Assembly (NCBI GenBank): GCA_028023455.1
Contig: JAQFVV010000003.1
Span: forward strand, 9,362,001-9,426,000
Source: Epiperipatus broadwayi
Lineage: Eukaryota > Animalia > Onychophora
DNA length: 64,000 nt
Direction of reading: 5' to 3'
A program made the translations under genes and the position numbers. Positions 38,783-50,280 of this stretch are shown piece after piece; the first letter of the stretch is position 1, and each line of letters starts with the position of its first letter. Under the pieces are notes generated by a model. That model saw only the letters and a program-made list of their open reading frames with translations, did no database searches and was not told the origin of the DNA.

Positions 38783-41354
38783 AAGAATCAAATGAATAAT
38801 TTAATCCTTAAGCTTGCTTTATTAATAAAGCTGGCCTTCTAACGGTATTGAAATTCAAGTGTGAAAATTATATTTAAATCAGGGATAAACATAACATTAT
38901 TAATTTTGAAATCACACGCAATTAAACAAAGTAATCTTGTTTAGCATAATTTCCACACTTTAATTTCAATATTATCAAAAGTTGAGTTTAAGAAAGATGG
39001 ATATATATATTTTCACAGATAGGAGATTTTTCTATTTCATTTATAAATTTTAAACTGAATTCATTAATATTTACAATTTATTGTCTTCTATTTGTTTATC
39101 CTTACCAACGTTGTTAAAAATAAGATTACCTTATTCTTTGTTTAATTGATTACAATATCAAAACTGATAATGCTATGTTTACATCTGATTTAAATCAGTT
39201 CCACTCTTAAATTTCAACACTGTCAAAACATCCAATTTTATTAACAACTGAAAATTAAGGAATAATTGATTATTTCCAGAAAAGTCTATTGTTATTATTT
39301 TCTTGTGATGTTTTGTGGTACCTGTAAAGTAAAAATTGTAAAAATTATTGTTTTTTTTATTAATTTTGAATATATATATTTTTATCGAATATTTTTTAAA
39401 TCCTAGATAACTGAAATATAAATGGGGAAGGACTTACTGTGTACAATTTTTATTTTCAACTTTTTTTGTGTGGAAGTTATTTATTGCTTGATTGAACGTT
39501 ATTTTTTGTATTGTTATTTTGAGAAAAACATAACTGATTAAAAATCAATTGCACAATTTACATTTGCAGTATTTAATTAAATAGTATGAGAGGCTCTCTG
39601 TAAAAATTCATATCATCTTAAGAACAATTTGGCAAATTTAATTTTTGACAGTTCCTATATCTGTGGAGACCAAACTGACATCTAAATTTCAGTGTATAAG
39701 TGTATCCCTTTATATACATACACACAAATGATTACTATAAAATATTAGATGATTTTACAATTACTTTATATAAATTGGGTAAAAAATACACAAATGGAAC
39801 TTGAAAAGATAGTGTCTTTGGTGATTTGGTTTCATGGAATAATATTAGAAAACAGAGAAAATTAATTGTGAATGTGTAAATTTGCCTGCTATGTTTAGAA
39901 AGAGTGTAATTCACTGAATAATGCATTCAGCTATACATCATGTGAAAAGATTTTTGGATCTTTCTTCTTCACTTAAATGCTAATTGAGACACAATCTGGT
40001 TGTATGCAATTTGCTTGTTTCTGTAAGTAACAAATGGAATCATTATCTCAATGAAACATATTAGTTAAAAGGTAAATATTTTTATGACTACCTCTTGATT
40101 CATTGGACCTGATATCTAGAAACCGCCTGCAGTCTGATCTTTCCTTTTGATATCTAAGATTACAGGTCACATGGCTGATGATGCTCATGCAAAGATCATT
40201 GTTATAATAGCATGAGAGAAAATAAAATATCTACATTAATGTGTGCTGACTGGCATATGAAAATCATATTGAAAAGTCTTTTATTATAAGAGTTTTAGAT
40301 TGTATCTATATGCACCTATTTTAAACTTGATTGAAAAGTGTTAACTACAAAAAATGACCTGTAATTTAACGCCAAGTTTTATATTATTTTTTGATTGAAT
40401 TGAAATATAATATTTAATTGAATTTTTTATAAAATTATTTTTGAATGAACATATATGCTGATTATATATAATATTATTATATTTTTCCAATTTGTAGACA
40501 TGTATAAATATTAACAATGAAAATATGTAAAGATAGCCAAAAAAATTAAAAAATGGTCAAATTGTTGGGACAAAGTAAAAAAGAAATACCTGTCATTATT
40601 TGATTTATAGGAATAAATAAAGATTTTATAATAAAGGAAACTTTTTAAGAATATTACACTAATAGTCAAATATTTACATTTTAATTATTAAAAAGATTCA
40701 AATATGAATTTTTTTCTAATGAAAACTCTCTAAAACCAAATACTGTATAGCAATTGTTTGAATTCCATTTATTGTTTGAATAATCACTGAATATATTTTA
40801 AATTGGCAATACTTTTAAAAGCAATGTGTGTATATATAAGTATGCATGATTATATATATCAGTGATGTTCAACCTTTTCTGTATGAATTATTTTATATAT
40901 ATATATTTAAACATCCTATTATTATGCATCCATTAATACTTACATATGAATATAAATTTTGATAAGTAAGTTAAATCATACTTATGTAAGAAACTTAAAT
41001 TTTAAAAATATATATTTATAACTTTTAACCAATTTCCTAAAATATAAATAATAATTAATTGGTAAATTATATTTATCGGGTTGAAAAATGCTGGTATATA
41101 TAGACGTATTTACCTCTTTTAATTAAGATTCAAAGAAAATAATGACTTTCTATTAATTAGGAATTTATCTATTAGAATTGCCAAATAATAGTGGACTGAT
41201 TGAAAATCGATATTATAGATTTCCATTCACAGATTTATTATTAATTTTAAAGACAGAAAATAACTGAGTAAAAATTACTATTTATAAATATACACACATA
41301 TGATATATATATTTATTATATAATCATATATATATAATGCACAACAAATACGTA

Positions 41355-41446
41355 GTCAAGCGTTGGTGGCCGAGTGTTTAGCACAGCTGCCTTACAAGTC
41401 AGTTGTTCCGGGTTCGCTTCCCGGCCGATGCTTTGACAGATGAAAA
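41355..41446 (+). mobile_element. tRNA-derived short SINE with 12-bp TSD (best-preserved copy)
   Basis: A box TGGCCGAGTG, B box GGTTCGCTTCC, acceptor stem GCGTTGG/CCGATGC; TSD aacaaatacgta at 41343-41354 and 41447-41458. Confidence 0.9.
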
Positions 41447-41533
41447 AACAAATACGTACACATATACTCATGTATATATATTGCTTGCTTTTTTTTTGAT
41501 AAAATAATTTCTAATAATTTTTAATAATTTTAG

Positions 41534-41614
41534 AGAAATAATGGCAATCTTTTGGGAGTCATGGGTACAGATGTACCAGTAAAAGAATTAATGAAGTTTA
41601 CACCTCCATATAAG
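41534..41614 (+). CDS. CACNA2D3: Voltage-gated Ca channel alpha-2/delta subunit, internal exon (81 nt, phase 0/0)
   Basis: ttttag|RNNGNLLGVMGTDVPVKELMKFTPPYK|gtaagt; matches alpha2delta-3/stj LLGVxGTDVPVKEL..PxYK (paralogue assignment is family-level only). Confidence 0.9.
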
Positions 41615-42648
41615 GTAAGTGAATTACATCTTATTTGGTCTTTTAAAAAAGGGCCAATATCTTTTATTTATAAAATTTATTGTTTTTATAAAAAAATGTA
41701 TTTTTGATAATTTGCAATATATATCAATAGCATTTAACCTGGTTAATTCAGTTTATTGGCCAATTGTGAATCCCTGTGGTGTACAACCCTTCTATCACAA
41801 TTTTTTAATCAGTTGTGATATTATTTTTAGTTGACTTTTTAAAAGTTATAAATACATTTGTAAAAAGTCTATTATATAAATATGACTTGATATGCTTGTC
41901 AGAATCTTCATATTGGATCCGAATGATCTAAAATTTATGTGGAAGTTGGATTGTGGAGTCTTTTGATATCAAGAAAATTTCTTATATATCAGTAAAGATT
42001 AACACTGACTAATACTCACAATGTAATTTCAGGATATATCAATAAAATATCGGTGATGAACAATATAAAAATTATTTGTTTTTTTTATTAATAACAATAA
42101 AATAAATAATAAAATACAATAAATAAATCCCAGAATTAAAATTCGATATTCGTACTTTTCAAACATTTGTTGTGATGAAAATATTGTAATTCTTTGATGC
42201 TTCTATACATATATCCAAAGAATGATTTAATTCATTTTATTTTAAAATAAATCATTTGTACAATGGTATAATTTATCTTTTAAAACAAACCTATTAGTAT
42301 AGTAGTTATCCAAAATAATTTTTTTTTCTATTTAATGAATATATTATAATATTAAGCTAGATTAATTAGAAGGGGATTTGAATCCAGACTTTCAAGATCC
42401 CTTCAGCTACCCATTCTATCTTATACAACCGATACACATGACCACATATATGCGAAAAAAATAAATGATTTCTAATATATGCATTTCATGCTGAACCACC
42501 ACTCATCAGTTGATCAGTATGGGTATGATAACAAAACTAGAAAACAAGGGCTTTGAACATGCTACCATCACATTTTCGATAATAATATGGAAGGCTGAAA
42601 AGTTGGAGAGTGTAGAAGATTGAAGCCTGTCCATTAAAATTTTGAAGA

Positions 42649-42755
42649 TTTTTTTTTCTCATGTGTCATAGCATCAGCCAGGAAGCAAATCCGCTAACCT
42701 GGGACAACTGCTTGTAAAGCAGTTGTCGCTGACCTCTCGACCACCAATGCTTGAC
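42649..42755 (-). mobile_element. tRNA-derived short SINE
   Basis: Reverse complement gtcaagcattggtggtcgagaggtcagc..ggctgatgctatgacacatgag(A)n; approximate TSD aatt(t)tgaa(a)gattt. Confidence 0.85.
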
Positions 42756-44056
42756 AAATTTGAAAGATTTGCTATCTTAATATAAACCGAACTTTGATTA
42801 TATATAGGTATGGGAAATGATGACCCAGACGAACTGACGAATGCTGGTTCAGTACAAAATACATAATTAGAGATTATTTATCTTTTTCGCATGTATATGG
42901 TCAAGTGTATTGCTAGCATTAGATAAAGTGGATAACTGAAAGGAGCTTGAAAATCTGAGTTCAAATCTGTTTTTAAATATATTCTAGTATAAAATTAACA
43001 GCGTTTAAAAGGAAAACATTTTAATTCCATTAATTCGAAATAACTTTATCTTTAAGATGTATTAGGAATGCAGATGTTCACATAATAGATTATCCACAAG
43101 AAATGTTCTATTTTTAATAAATGTTATATAATAGATAACCTTTCTTAAAATAATTTAACAGATTTGCAATTTTAAGAAAAACATTTTAATTCCATTAATT
43201 TGTGCATTTTTTAATTGTTACGAAATTTCCAGATATTATTTATTCAGATTAACAATCTTAAGAGATAGATTGTCCAATGGAACAAATGATTTGTGAAAGC
43301 CATTAGGCCTGCAGTTCGAGTAATAATGAACCAATATGGCTAATATCTACACAACTAAGCTTCAGTAAGCAAATAGTTAACAGGTAAAAGAGATCGATTT
43401 AGCTACTACACCTTTATAGATTTCTACTGACATCACTTATTAAATCATTATCACTTAGTTAATGGAAACAAAGAGTAATAATTCCATTCAAATCTATTAA
43501 ATTCTTTTATCTTTGATATCAGGGTTTCTAGGTTTAGATTAGTACATACATATTTGCGTACAAAAACAAAGTTCTTGGGAAGAAATTACAGTATTCCTTG
43601 CAATTAAATTATTTTAAAATGGCTGATAATATTTTAACAAATATTAGAATATATATATATATTATATCTCAATAAATATTTGTTACCAAATATTAAAATA
43701 AATCATTTTTACTTTATTAGTTTATTTGTGTCCTCACAATATTATTTTAAAATTAAAATTAACTTTATATTAAAAATTTAAAACATTATCCCACATAGAA
43801 AAATATACATGCGCACACATACACGTCAACTATTAAACCAAAGTTATATTGATTACTTTAAGTCATTTTAAAATTTTGAATAAACTAATATAAACCATTA
43901 AGCATCACATGATCACTATCTTATACTAGCACATAATTATTTATAAACAAAGCAAAACTCTTCATACAGTATTGCCACCCTGTGCCAACCAGAGTAATCA
44001 ATGAATTCCAGAAGGCTTGTGCATAAAATCCCTATCTAATGCCTATTCATCCAATA

Positions 44057-44098
44057 TCCCCAGACTAGTTTCTGGCCTGTGGCCATCGTCAGTGAGGA
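44057..44098 (-). ncRNA. Intact minimal type I hammerhead ribozyme
   Basis: UCCUCA-CUGACGA-UGGCC-aca-GGCCA-GAAA-CUAG-UC-UGGGGA: full core, 5-bp stem II, palindromic ACUAGU stem III, GUC site, 6-bp stem I. Confidence 0.9.
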
Positions 44099-44883
44099 GC
44101 TTTGGATCTGAGAGCACTGCACCTAGATCTTAGGATCTAATGCAACCCTCCAGCACCCACCTTTTACCTCTACTTAACTACAAAACTATGAGAATGAAAT
44201 TTAAAACACAAAAATATTTTCAAACTAAGCTCAATAGCTTATATAGTCATATGGGTCTGAACTCAGTTCAGCACCCATACATTTTGGTGTCTTTGGCTCT
44301 TTAACAACCATGGCCACCACTATCCTATTAGGCAGGATTGATGTTAAACCATTAAGCATCACATGATCACTATCTTATACTAGCACATAATTGTTTATAA
44401 ACAAAGCAAAACTCTCCATACAGTATTGCCACCCTGTGCCAACCAGAGTAATCAATGAATGCCAGAAGGCTTGTGCACAAACGAGTGGGCATTAGATAGG
44501 GATTTTATGCACAAGCCTTCTGGCATTCATTGATTACTCTGGTTGGCACAAGGTGGCAATACTGTATGGAGAGTTTTGCTTTGTTTATAAACAATTATGT
44601 GTTAGTATAAGATAGTGATCATGTGATGCTTAATGGTTTAACACCAATCCTGCCTAATAGGATAGTGGTGGCTATGGTTGTTAAAGAGCCAAAGACACCA
44701 AAATGTATGGGTGCTGAACTGAGTTCAGACCCATATGACTATAAGCTATTGAGCTTAGATTGAAAATATTTTTGTTTTCCAATTTCATTCTCATAGTTTT
44801 GTAGTTAAGTAGAGATAAAAGGTGGGTGCTGGAGGGTTGCATTAGATCCTAAGATCTAGGTGCAGTGCTCTCAGATCCAAAGC

Positions 44884-44925
44884 TCCTCACTGACAATGGC
44901 CACAAGCCAGAAACTAGTCTGGGGA
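44884..44925 (+). ncRNA. Mutated mirror copy of the hammerhead
   Basis: CTGACAA (G8 to A) and TGGCC/AGCCA stem II mismatch; otherwise identical to 44057-44098. Confidence 0.75.
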
Positions 44926-45519
44926 TATTGGATGAGTAGGCATTAGATAGGGGTTTTATGCACAAGCCTTCTGGTATTCATTGATTACTCTGGTTGGCAC
45001 AGGGTGGCAATACTGTATGGAGAGTTTTGCTTTGTTTATAAACTAATATACTTTAAATCATTCATTCACATATTTAAAATATTATGTATTTTTACAGTGA
45101 ATGCCCTTTTATAAAACCCAACTTAGTGTACATATTTACATTAAAATCAATTCTATTACTTTATCACTATTTACAAAATTTGATGCCAAACTCCAATATC
45201 ATAAAATACATGATGACATTATGAAGATGGCTTTATAAGATACGAAACTTAAATAATAATATTATCTTTATAATAAGCCAATAAAAATTAGTCATTTTTA
45301 TTATTGCATTAAAAAAAAAATCACCATAAGTTATATATTATCAAATTTAATATTATATTTTTAATAAAAAAAATTAGCTTTACAAAATTTTCTATTAATT
45401 CTATAAATAGATATTACTCTGTATCTAGTTTATGTAGTGTCTGCAATTTCCAATAACATAATATTGAATTGTTTTATGTTTCTAGAAAAATTCAATTTTA
45501 TTTGTACTTTTCCAAAGAC

Positions 45520-45975
45520 ATCCAATTGCTTGAATTAATGAATATACATTTAAGTGGAAAAACACAAGAATATTGGACAGAAAAGAAAAAGTAAAAAAAT
45601 AGGAAAGCTCAAATAAACTGCTTATGTGACATTGGCAAATACCTGCACATCCTCATGTGTAATAATCTATAGTGTTTCAAAATAAAAATGAGAGGGAAAT
45701 TCAGAGGACCTTCATAGAGTATATAAAATTTCTATTAATTGTTGCCATTAACAGATTAGCTTAGTTGATTAGAGCATTAACTTTAGTCAATATTCATGAA
45801 TTTAAAGATTACTGTTTTCTTTTCTTTTAAGCCAGTGATATCTAAAGAAGAGTGAAAGATACACTCAAAATGAATTCTTTACTAATTATTGGATATATTT
45901 AAAAATTTATAAAGTTTGAATTTTTTTTAAACAATTTCAACTTGATGATAAAAATAAAATACCATTTTCCTTAAA
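45520..45975 (+). mobile_element. Old copy of the tRNA/hammerhead PLE family (GIY-YIG C-terminus, tRNA head, hammerhead, tail)
   Basis: TFKWKNTRILDRKE near 45545; tagcttagttgattagagcatt at 45757; CTAAAGA-A-GAGTG/CACTC-AAAA at 45842-45870; colinear with 59830-60236. Confidence 0.65.
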
Positions 45976-47788
45976 CTATAGGCAAACTTATAAGCTTGAT
46001 ATAGCTTCATATTTATTTATATAATTAGTATTGGTATTTTAATCAAATTGCAAAGAGATCTATAAATATATAAATCCATAATGGCATATTCAACACTACA
46101 TGTACTTTATTCTAATACTGAAAACTTATTCACATTCGGTCTTTATATAGATATTGTCATATATGATATTTAAGAAAATACAATATGTAATATTTAATTT
46201 AAAAATACATGATTTGTCTACAAGTAAATCTTAAATGAGTTTCAATTTCAGAACAAAATGTAAACATATAGTGACAAGACTATTGTCCATGCTTTTCACT
46301 GCATTTGATATGAGTGACTGATATGAATTTGGATATTTCCATAACTGTTTGTGATATGATTAGTCACTTTTATAATATACTTAAATGTACATTAGTATTA
46401 TTTCATATAACAATCTAAATATTTTGTAAGTATGCTATATAGGAATAATTTCCCTGGTTCACTATTGATACTAAATATATAAGATTATATGTATTGATTT
46501 TTTTCATCTTTGATCAAAATTACATATTGTTTATTATCACATCTATATAATGATTTGGGTCTTATATTTATCTCCGGGGAAATTTGAATGAATTTCCAGT
46601 TGCAAAATGAAATATATATAATGTCATATCTGTTTTCACTTTTCCAGCACTTTTGATTATATTTGATATATATAACTGTTACAAATTCATATACACGCAT
46701 GCCTATTTGCGTTTTGATTTGCTATTTATAAAATAAACCAGCTCTTAAAGGCCTACTGAAAAGATCTTTTCAACAATCTTTCATGGAAGTGTGGTGAAGT
46801 AGAAGGCAATACTCATCAGGTTTATTAGTTACTGACTAGGAAAGGTTTGAGTTATTTTCATTTTTTGTCTAGCTCATTTACCAACAAATACTGAAAATGA
46901 TTAGTTGGATTTGCTAAGGACTGAGTATTTGAAAAGCAAATCCTAATTAGAATCTGAAGTTTTGCATCATGACATCCTTTTATATATATATGTCAAATAT
47001 TTTTTCATATTTTTTCTTGCTTGAAAAACATTCATGTAGAGAAAAAAAATCAGTTAATAGACATTCCTGAAATTTGGTTTATAAAAATATCAGCTGCACT
47101 GTAAAAAATTGATAAAAATGTTAAGTCTTTAAATTTTGCCCCTATGCAGCAATTATTATTTTAAACTTTTTAACAATGGGTCATAATAAAAGATTATCGC
47201 ATTGATATTAATTATTTGAGGTGATTAATGTATTGGCCTACATGATTTTGTGCAATGGCAGACTCAAATTCAAGGTCCTAGAATCACCTCTGTCAATTCC
47301 ACTGTTTGAACTTCTTATGAACTCTAAAGCTTATCTTTTTTAACAACAACAACAATTTTGAATATCTTTTTAATGAAAATTTATATGCTTCATCATTGTC
47401 TATAATAATTTATGCACATTCAAGCCTAAGGTTTAAGTCCAGACCAAATAAATTTTAAAACATTTCAGACTATAAATAGATTTAGGATTCTGTTTTCATA
47501 TAAATGGATATGTAAGGTAGAGATTAAAAGATTCGACTTTAGTTGGTTGACCATATGAGTGTCAGTATGCTGCCTATAAGAGGAAAATGTGATTTTATAA
47601 TGCCTTATTTATGGGTAGTGGAAATGTCGCATTCTTATGGACCCCTAATCCATGTTATGTTTATCTTCATCAAATCACCTACACACTTTTCAATACATCT
47701 TTGTTGTTATATAAGATTGTAGTTTTATTTACATATTGATGTTTTCATATGTAATCTATTTGAATAATTGTTGATGTTTTTTTTTCAG

Positions 47789-47863
47789 TTGGGTGTAAAT
47801 TCTTATTCATTTGCAATAACAAATAACGGGTATATTTTATTTCATCCTGATTTGCGACCGATG
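47789..47863 (+). CDS. CACNA2D3: alpha-2/delta subunit exon (75 nt)
   Basis: ttttcag|[25 protein letters not shown]|gtaag; Cache-domain signature of alpha2delta. Confidence 0.95.
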
Positions 47864-47978
47864 GTAAGAATTAATTTATTAAGATCATAATGCTGTTTAT
47901 TCACTTTAAATCACTTGTAGAGTAAAAAATTTTAAATCTTTTTATGCAATAATAGTTATTAGTTATTTTAATTTATAG

Positions 47979-48056
47979 CACAGAAATTTACCTAAACCAA
48001 ATTACAATAGCGTAGATCTTGCGGAAGTGGAATTCGATAATAACTTCGTTGACAAT
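47979..48056 (+). CDS. CACNA2D3: alpha-2/delta subunit exon (78 nt)
   Basis: tttatag|HRNLPKPNYNSVDLAEVEFDNNFVDN|gtatgt; matches KPNYxSVDLxEVE. Confidence 0.9.
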
Positions 48057-48183
48057 GTATGTATATTGTTATTGAATTGTACATTTATTACAAATATTTA
48101 AATTTAAAAAATAATATATATAATATTTATTATTTTTTTCTGTATTATGTTTTTTTACTTTTTTATAAATGATTATAATAGTG

Positions 48184-48362
48184 ATATTAAGCACTTGGCG
48201 ATGCAAAATAAGAAAAGCTTAACAGTGAAAACTTTTAATTTAATAAAGCATGTTTTCAATATCTTTGTATTGATATCATAATCATATTGAAAGCATGCTT
48301 TATTAAATTAAAAGTTTTCACTGTTAGGCTTTTCTTATTTTGCATCACCAACCGCTTAATAT
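48184..48362. repeat. 79-bp-arm hairpin (21-nt spacer), probable PLE-end palindrome
   Basis: 48184-48262 is the reverse complement of 48284-48362; - strand across the spacer reads tgatta-tg-ATATC-aatacaaa-GATAT-t-GAAA-(a/g)CATGC-TT (hammerhead-like, stem III AGCATGCT). Confidence 0.75.
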
Positions 48363-49899
48363 ATCTATTTAATGTTTTTATAAATAAAAGTATTGATGTA
48401 ATGTTTACATTTTAATTTAAGTAAATTTTAATTTATATTATTATTTTATATTTAAATTTAGTTTAATTTAAGCTTCTTTTTTTTTTGAAATTATAATCAT
48501 TAACGATTTATTTGTATTTTTTTCTGCTAGGAAAATAATAGTTAATTTAAATATTATTAATTTTACTATAGTCAATCTTAATGTTGTCAACCATGGAAAA
48601 TATAACAACTTTAATTGAAAGTGAAGAAAGTAAACATCATCACTCTCATTTTTCATATAAATCATTTTGAAAAATCACAACCACTTAACAAAAATAAGTT
48701 ATGATAAATTAAGCTTCATTTGATTGAATTCATTTTATTTTCTAAAATTGATACTTAAATATAAAATTCTATTTATTTAATATATATATCACAATCACTC
48801 TTGCATGAATAGCCTGACAGTGTAGTTCACCATCCGTTTATCATGTCATAATCTGGGATTTAAATTGGAATATCAGATATCTAAAGATTTTGTTTTAAAA
48901 AATAGATTATTTTATTTATAGCAAATAACCCATCTATTTAGTTATCCGATTATTGGTCAGAAAATGGATATCAAACTATTCTTAGAAAATCAATAAAGAT
49001 AAACATTAAATCTTTACCAACCAATAATTGATGTATTTGGTGAAAAATATCTTTTCCTTCACTATATTTTATTTAAAAATGCTGAAACGCTTTTGTCCTT
49101 CAGAGGATTATGTAAAAATATCACTTTACTTGTGTGCTAATTCTTCATAAAGCAAGCATACTCATTTTCAAGAAAAAATCCAAAAGTAAATCATGGGCTA
49201 AGCATCCTTAAATCCATGATATCATTTTCATTAGTATAACGTTTTCCATTTTGTTAGGCCTCTACATGCTAATATAAATTGCACGTGAGTTGATCAAGCT
49301 ATGTCAAAAAGAAGAAAGTTGTATTTCGATTTCTATTAAAAACATAGCTATATTTCCTGATCAACTCGGCCTTGTAATTGTTGAGAATTATGCTATCGAC
49401 AACATCAGCTTTTAATTTATTTGAAAGGTGCCAGAGTTCTGAAAGAATCCACTGAACCGTCACATAGTATCTCGAAAATTAAAAAGAAAATATATTTTTA
49501 AACTAATTGGTATTACATCATACTGTAACGAGAATTATTTTTTTAAGATTATTATTCCTGGGCTTATTGAAACATATTGGCAAAGGTAAATTACGTTTTA
49601 AATCTCATTAGACTAATAATAAAAAATAATAATTATTATTAATAATGCACAAATGAAAATTGGTATTAGAAATATTTTTATTCTAATAGACAAAAAAAAA
49701 ATATCTGAAATAAATTACTTATCAAATAAATTAGAACACAACTCAAATGTGAATCAATTAATAAAAAAACAATTTTACAATTACTGTTCATATCTAAATT
49801 TCTTCTAGAAAGTTCCTTAAAAAAATGAATGTCTCTTGTACAAGAAAATTAATGTCTCTATCGGGATTGTTTAAACATACTTTTAGAAATTGTTTGAAA

Positions 49900-50280
49900 A
49901 CGTTTAATTTGGTCACAATCAGGAGTAATGAAGCATAACTTACCGGTAAGTTTTGTGAATTCAGTAGTAGATAACTATGCATAGTTTTTTGGGTAGAATG
50001 AGCTCAGCCTTTTGGTTATTATTTGATTTTGTGGTCCATTCTCCTAGTCGGTCACGAAGGCTTTTCCTGGTGTACATCTTCAGGCATGATGTTCGCAGAA
50101 GCTCCGGTTCACTCCGACATGCCGAATTATTTCAGTGTAGGGCGATCCTGGATGTATTGTTATCCAGGACTGACTAGAGAGACTAACAGAACAAGATGTT
50201 CTTCAAACTAACTTCTGCCTTTTATACTAGAGGCCCAGTTTTCCGACTTCTGCGCATATCTTTTGTTTGTCAAAATATAC
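49900..50280 (-). other. CpG-rich repeat-like segment, possibly a young pLTR or LTR fragment
   Basis: High CpG density; tataaaagg at 50218-50226(-); CTGAAGATG...GAAAAGCCTTC at 50052-50089(-); 16-bp palindrome at 49937-49952. Confidence 0.35.

Larger units (their letters stand above)
43893..45038. mobile_element. Head-to-head dimer of a ~453-nt hammerhead-bearing non-coding unit with 12-bp TSD
   Basis: Left arm 43891-44480 (- sense; taaaccattaagc at 43891 and 44345); right arm 44481-45042 (+ sense; attagataggg at 44491 and 44942); arms near-identical; TSD taaactaatata at 43881-43892 and 45039-45050; no ORF of 60 aa or more in the track. Confidence 0.92.

Noticed and set aside
38694-41446. Functional tRNA genes
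   Set aside because: They have TSDs, A-tails and diverged arms, so they are SINE copies
42368-42408. Small hairpin with a B-box-like sequence
   Set aside because: Probably a decayed tRNA-SINE fragment; too short to support a call
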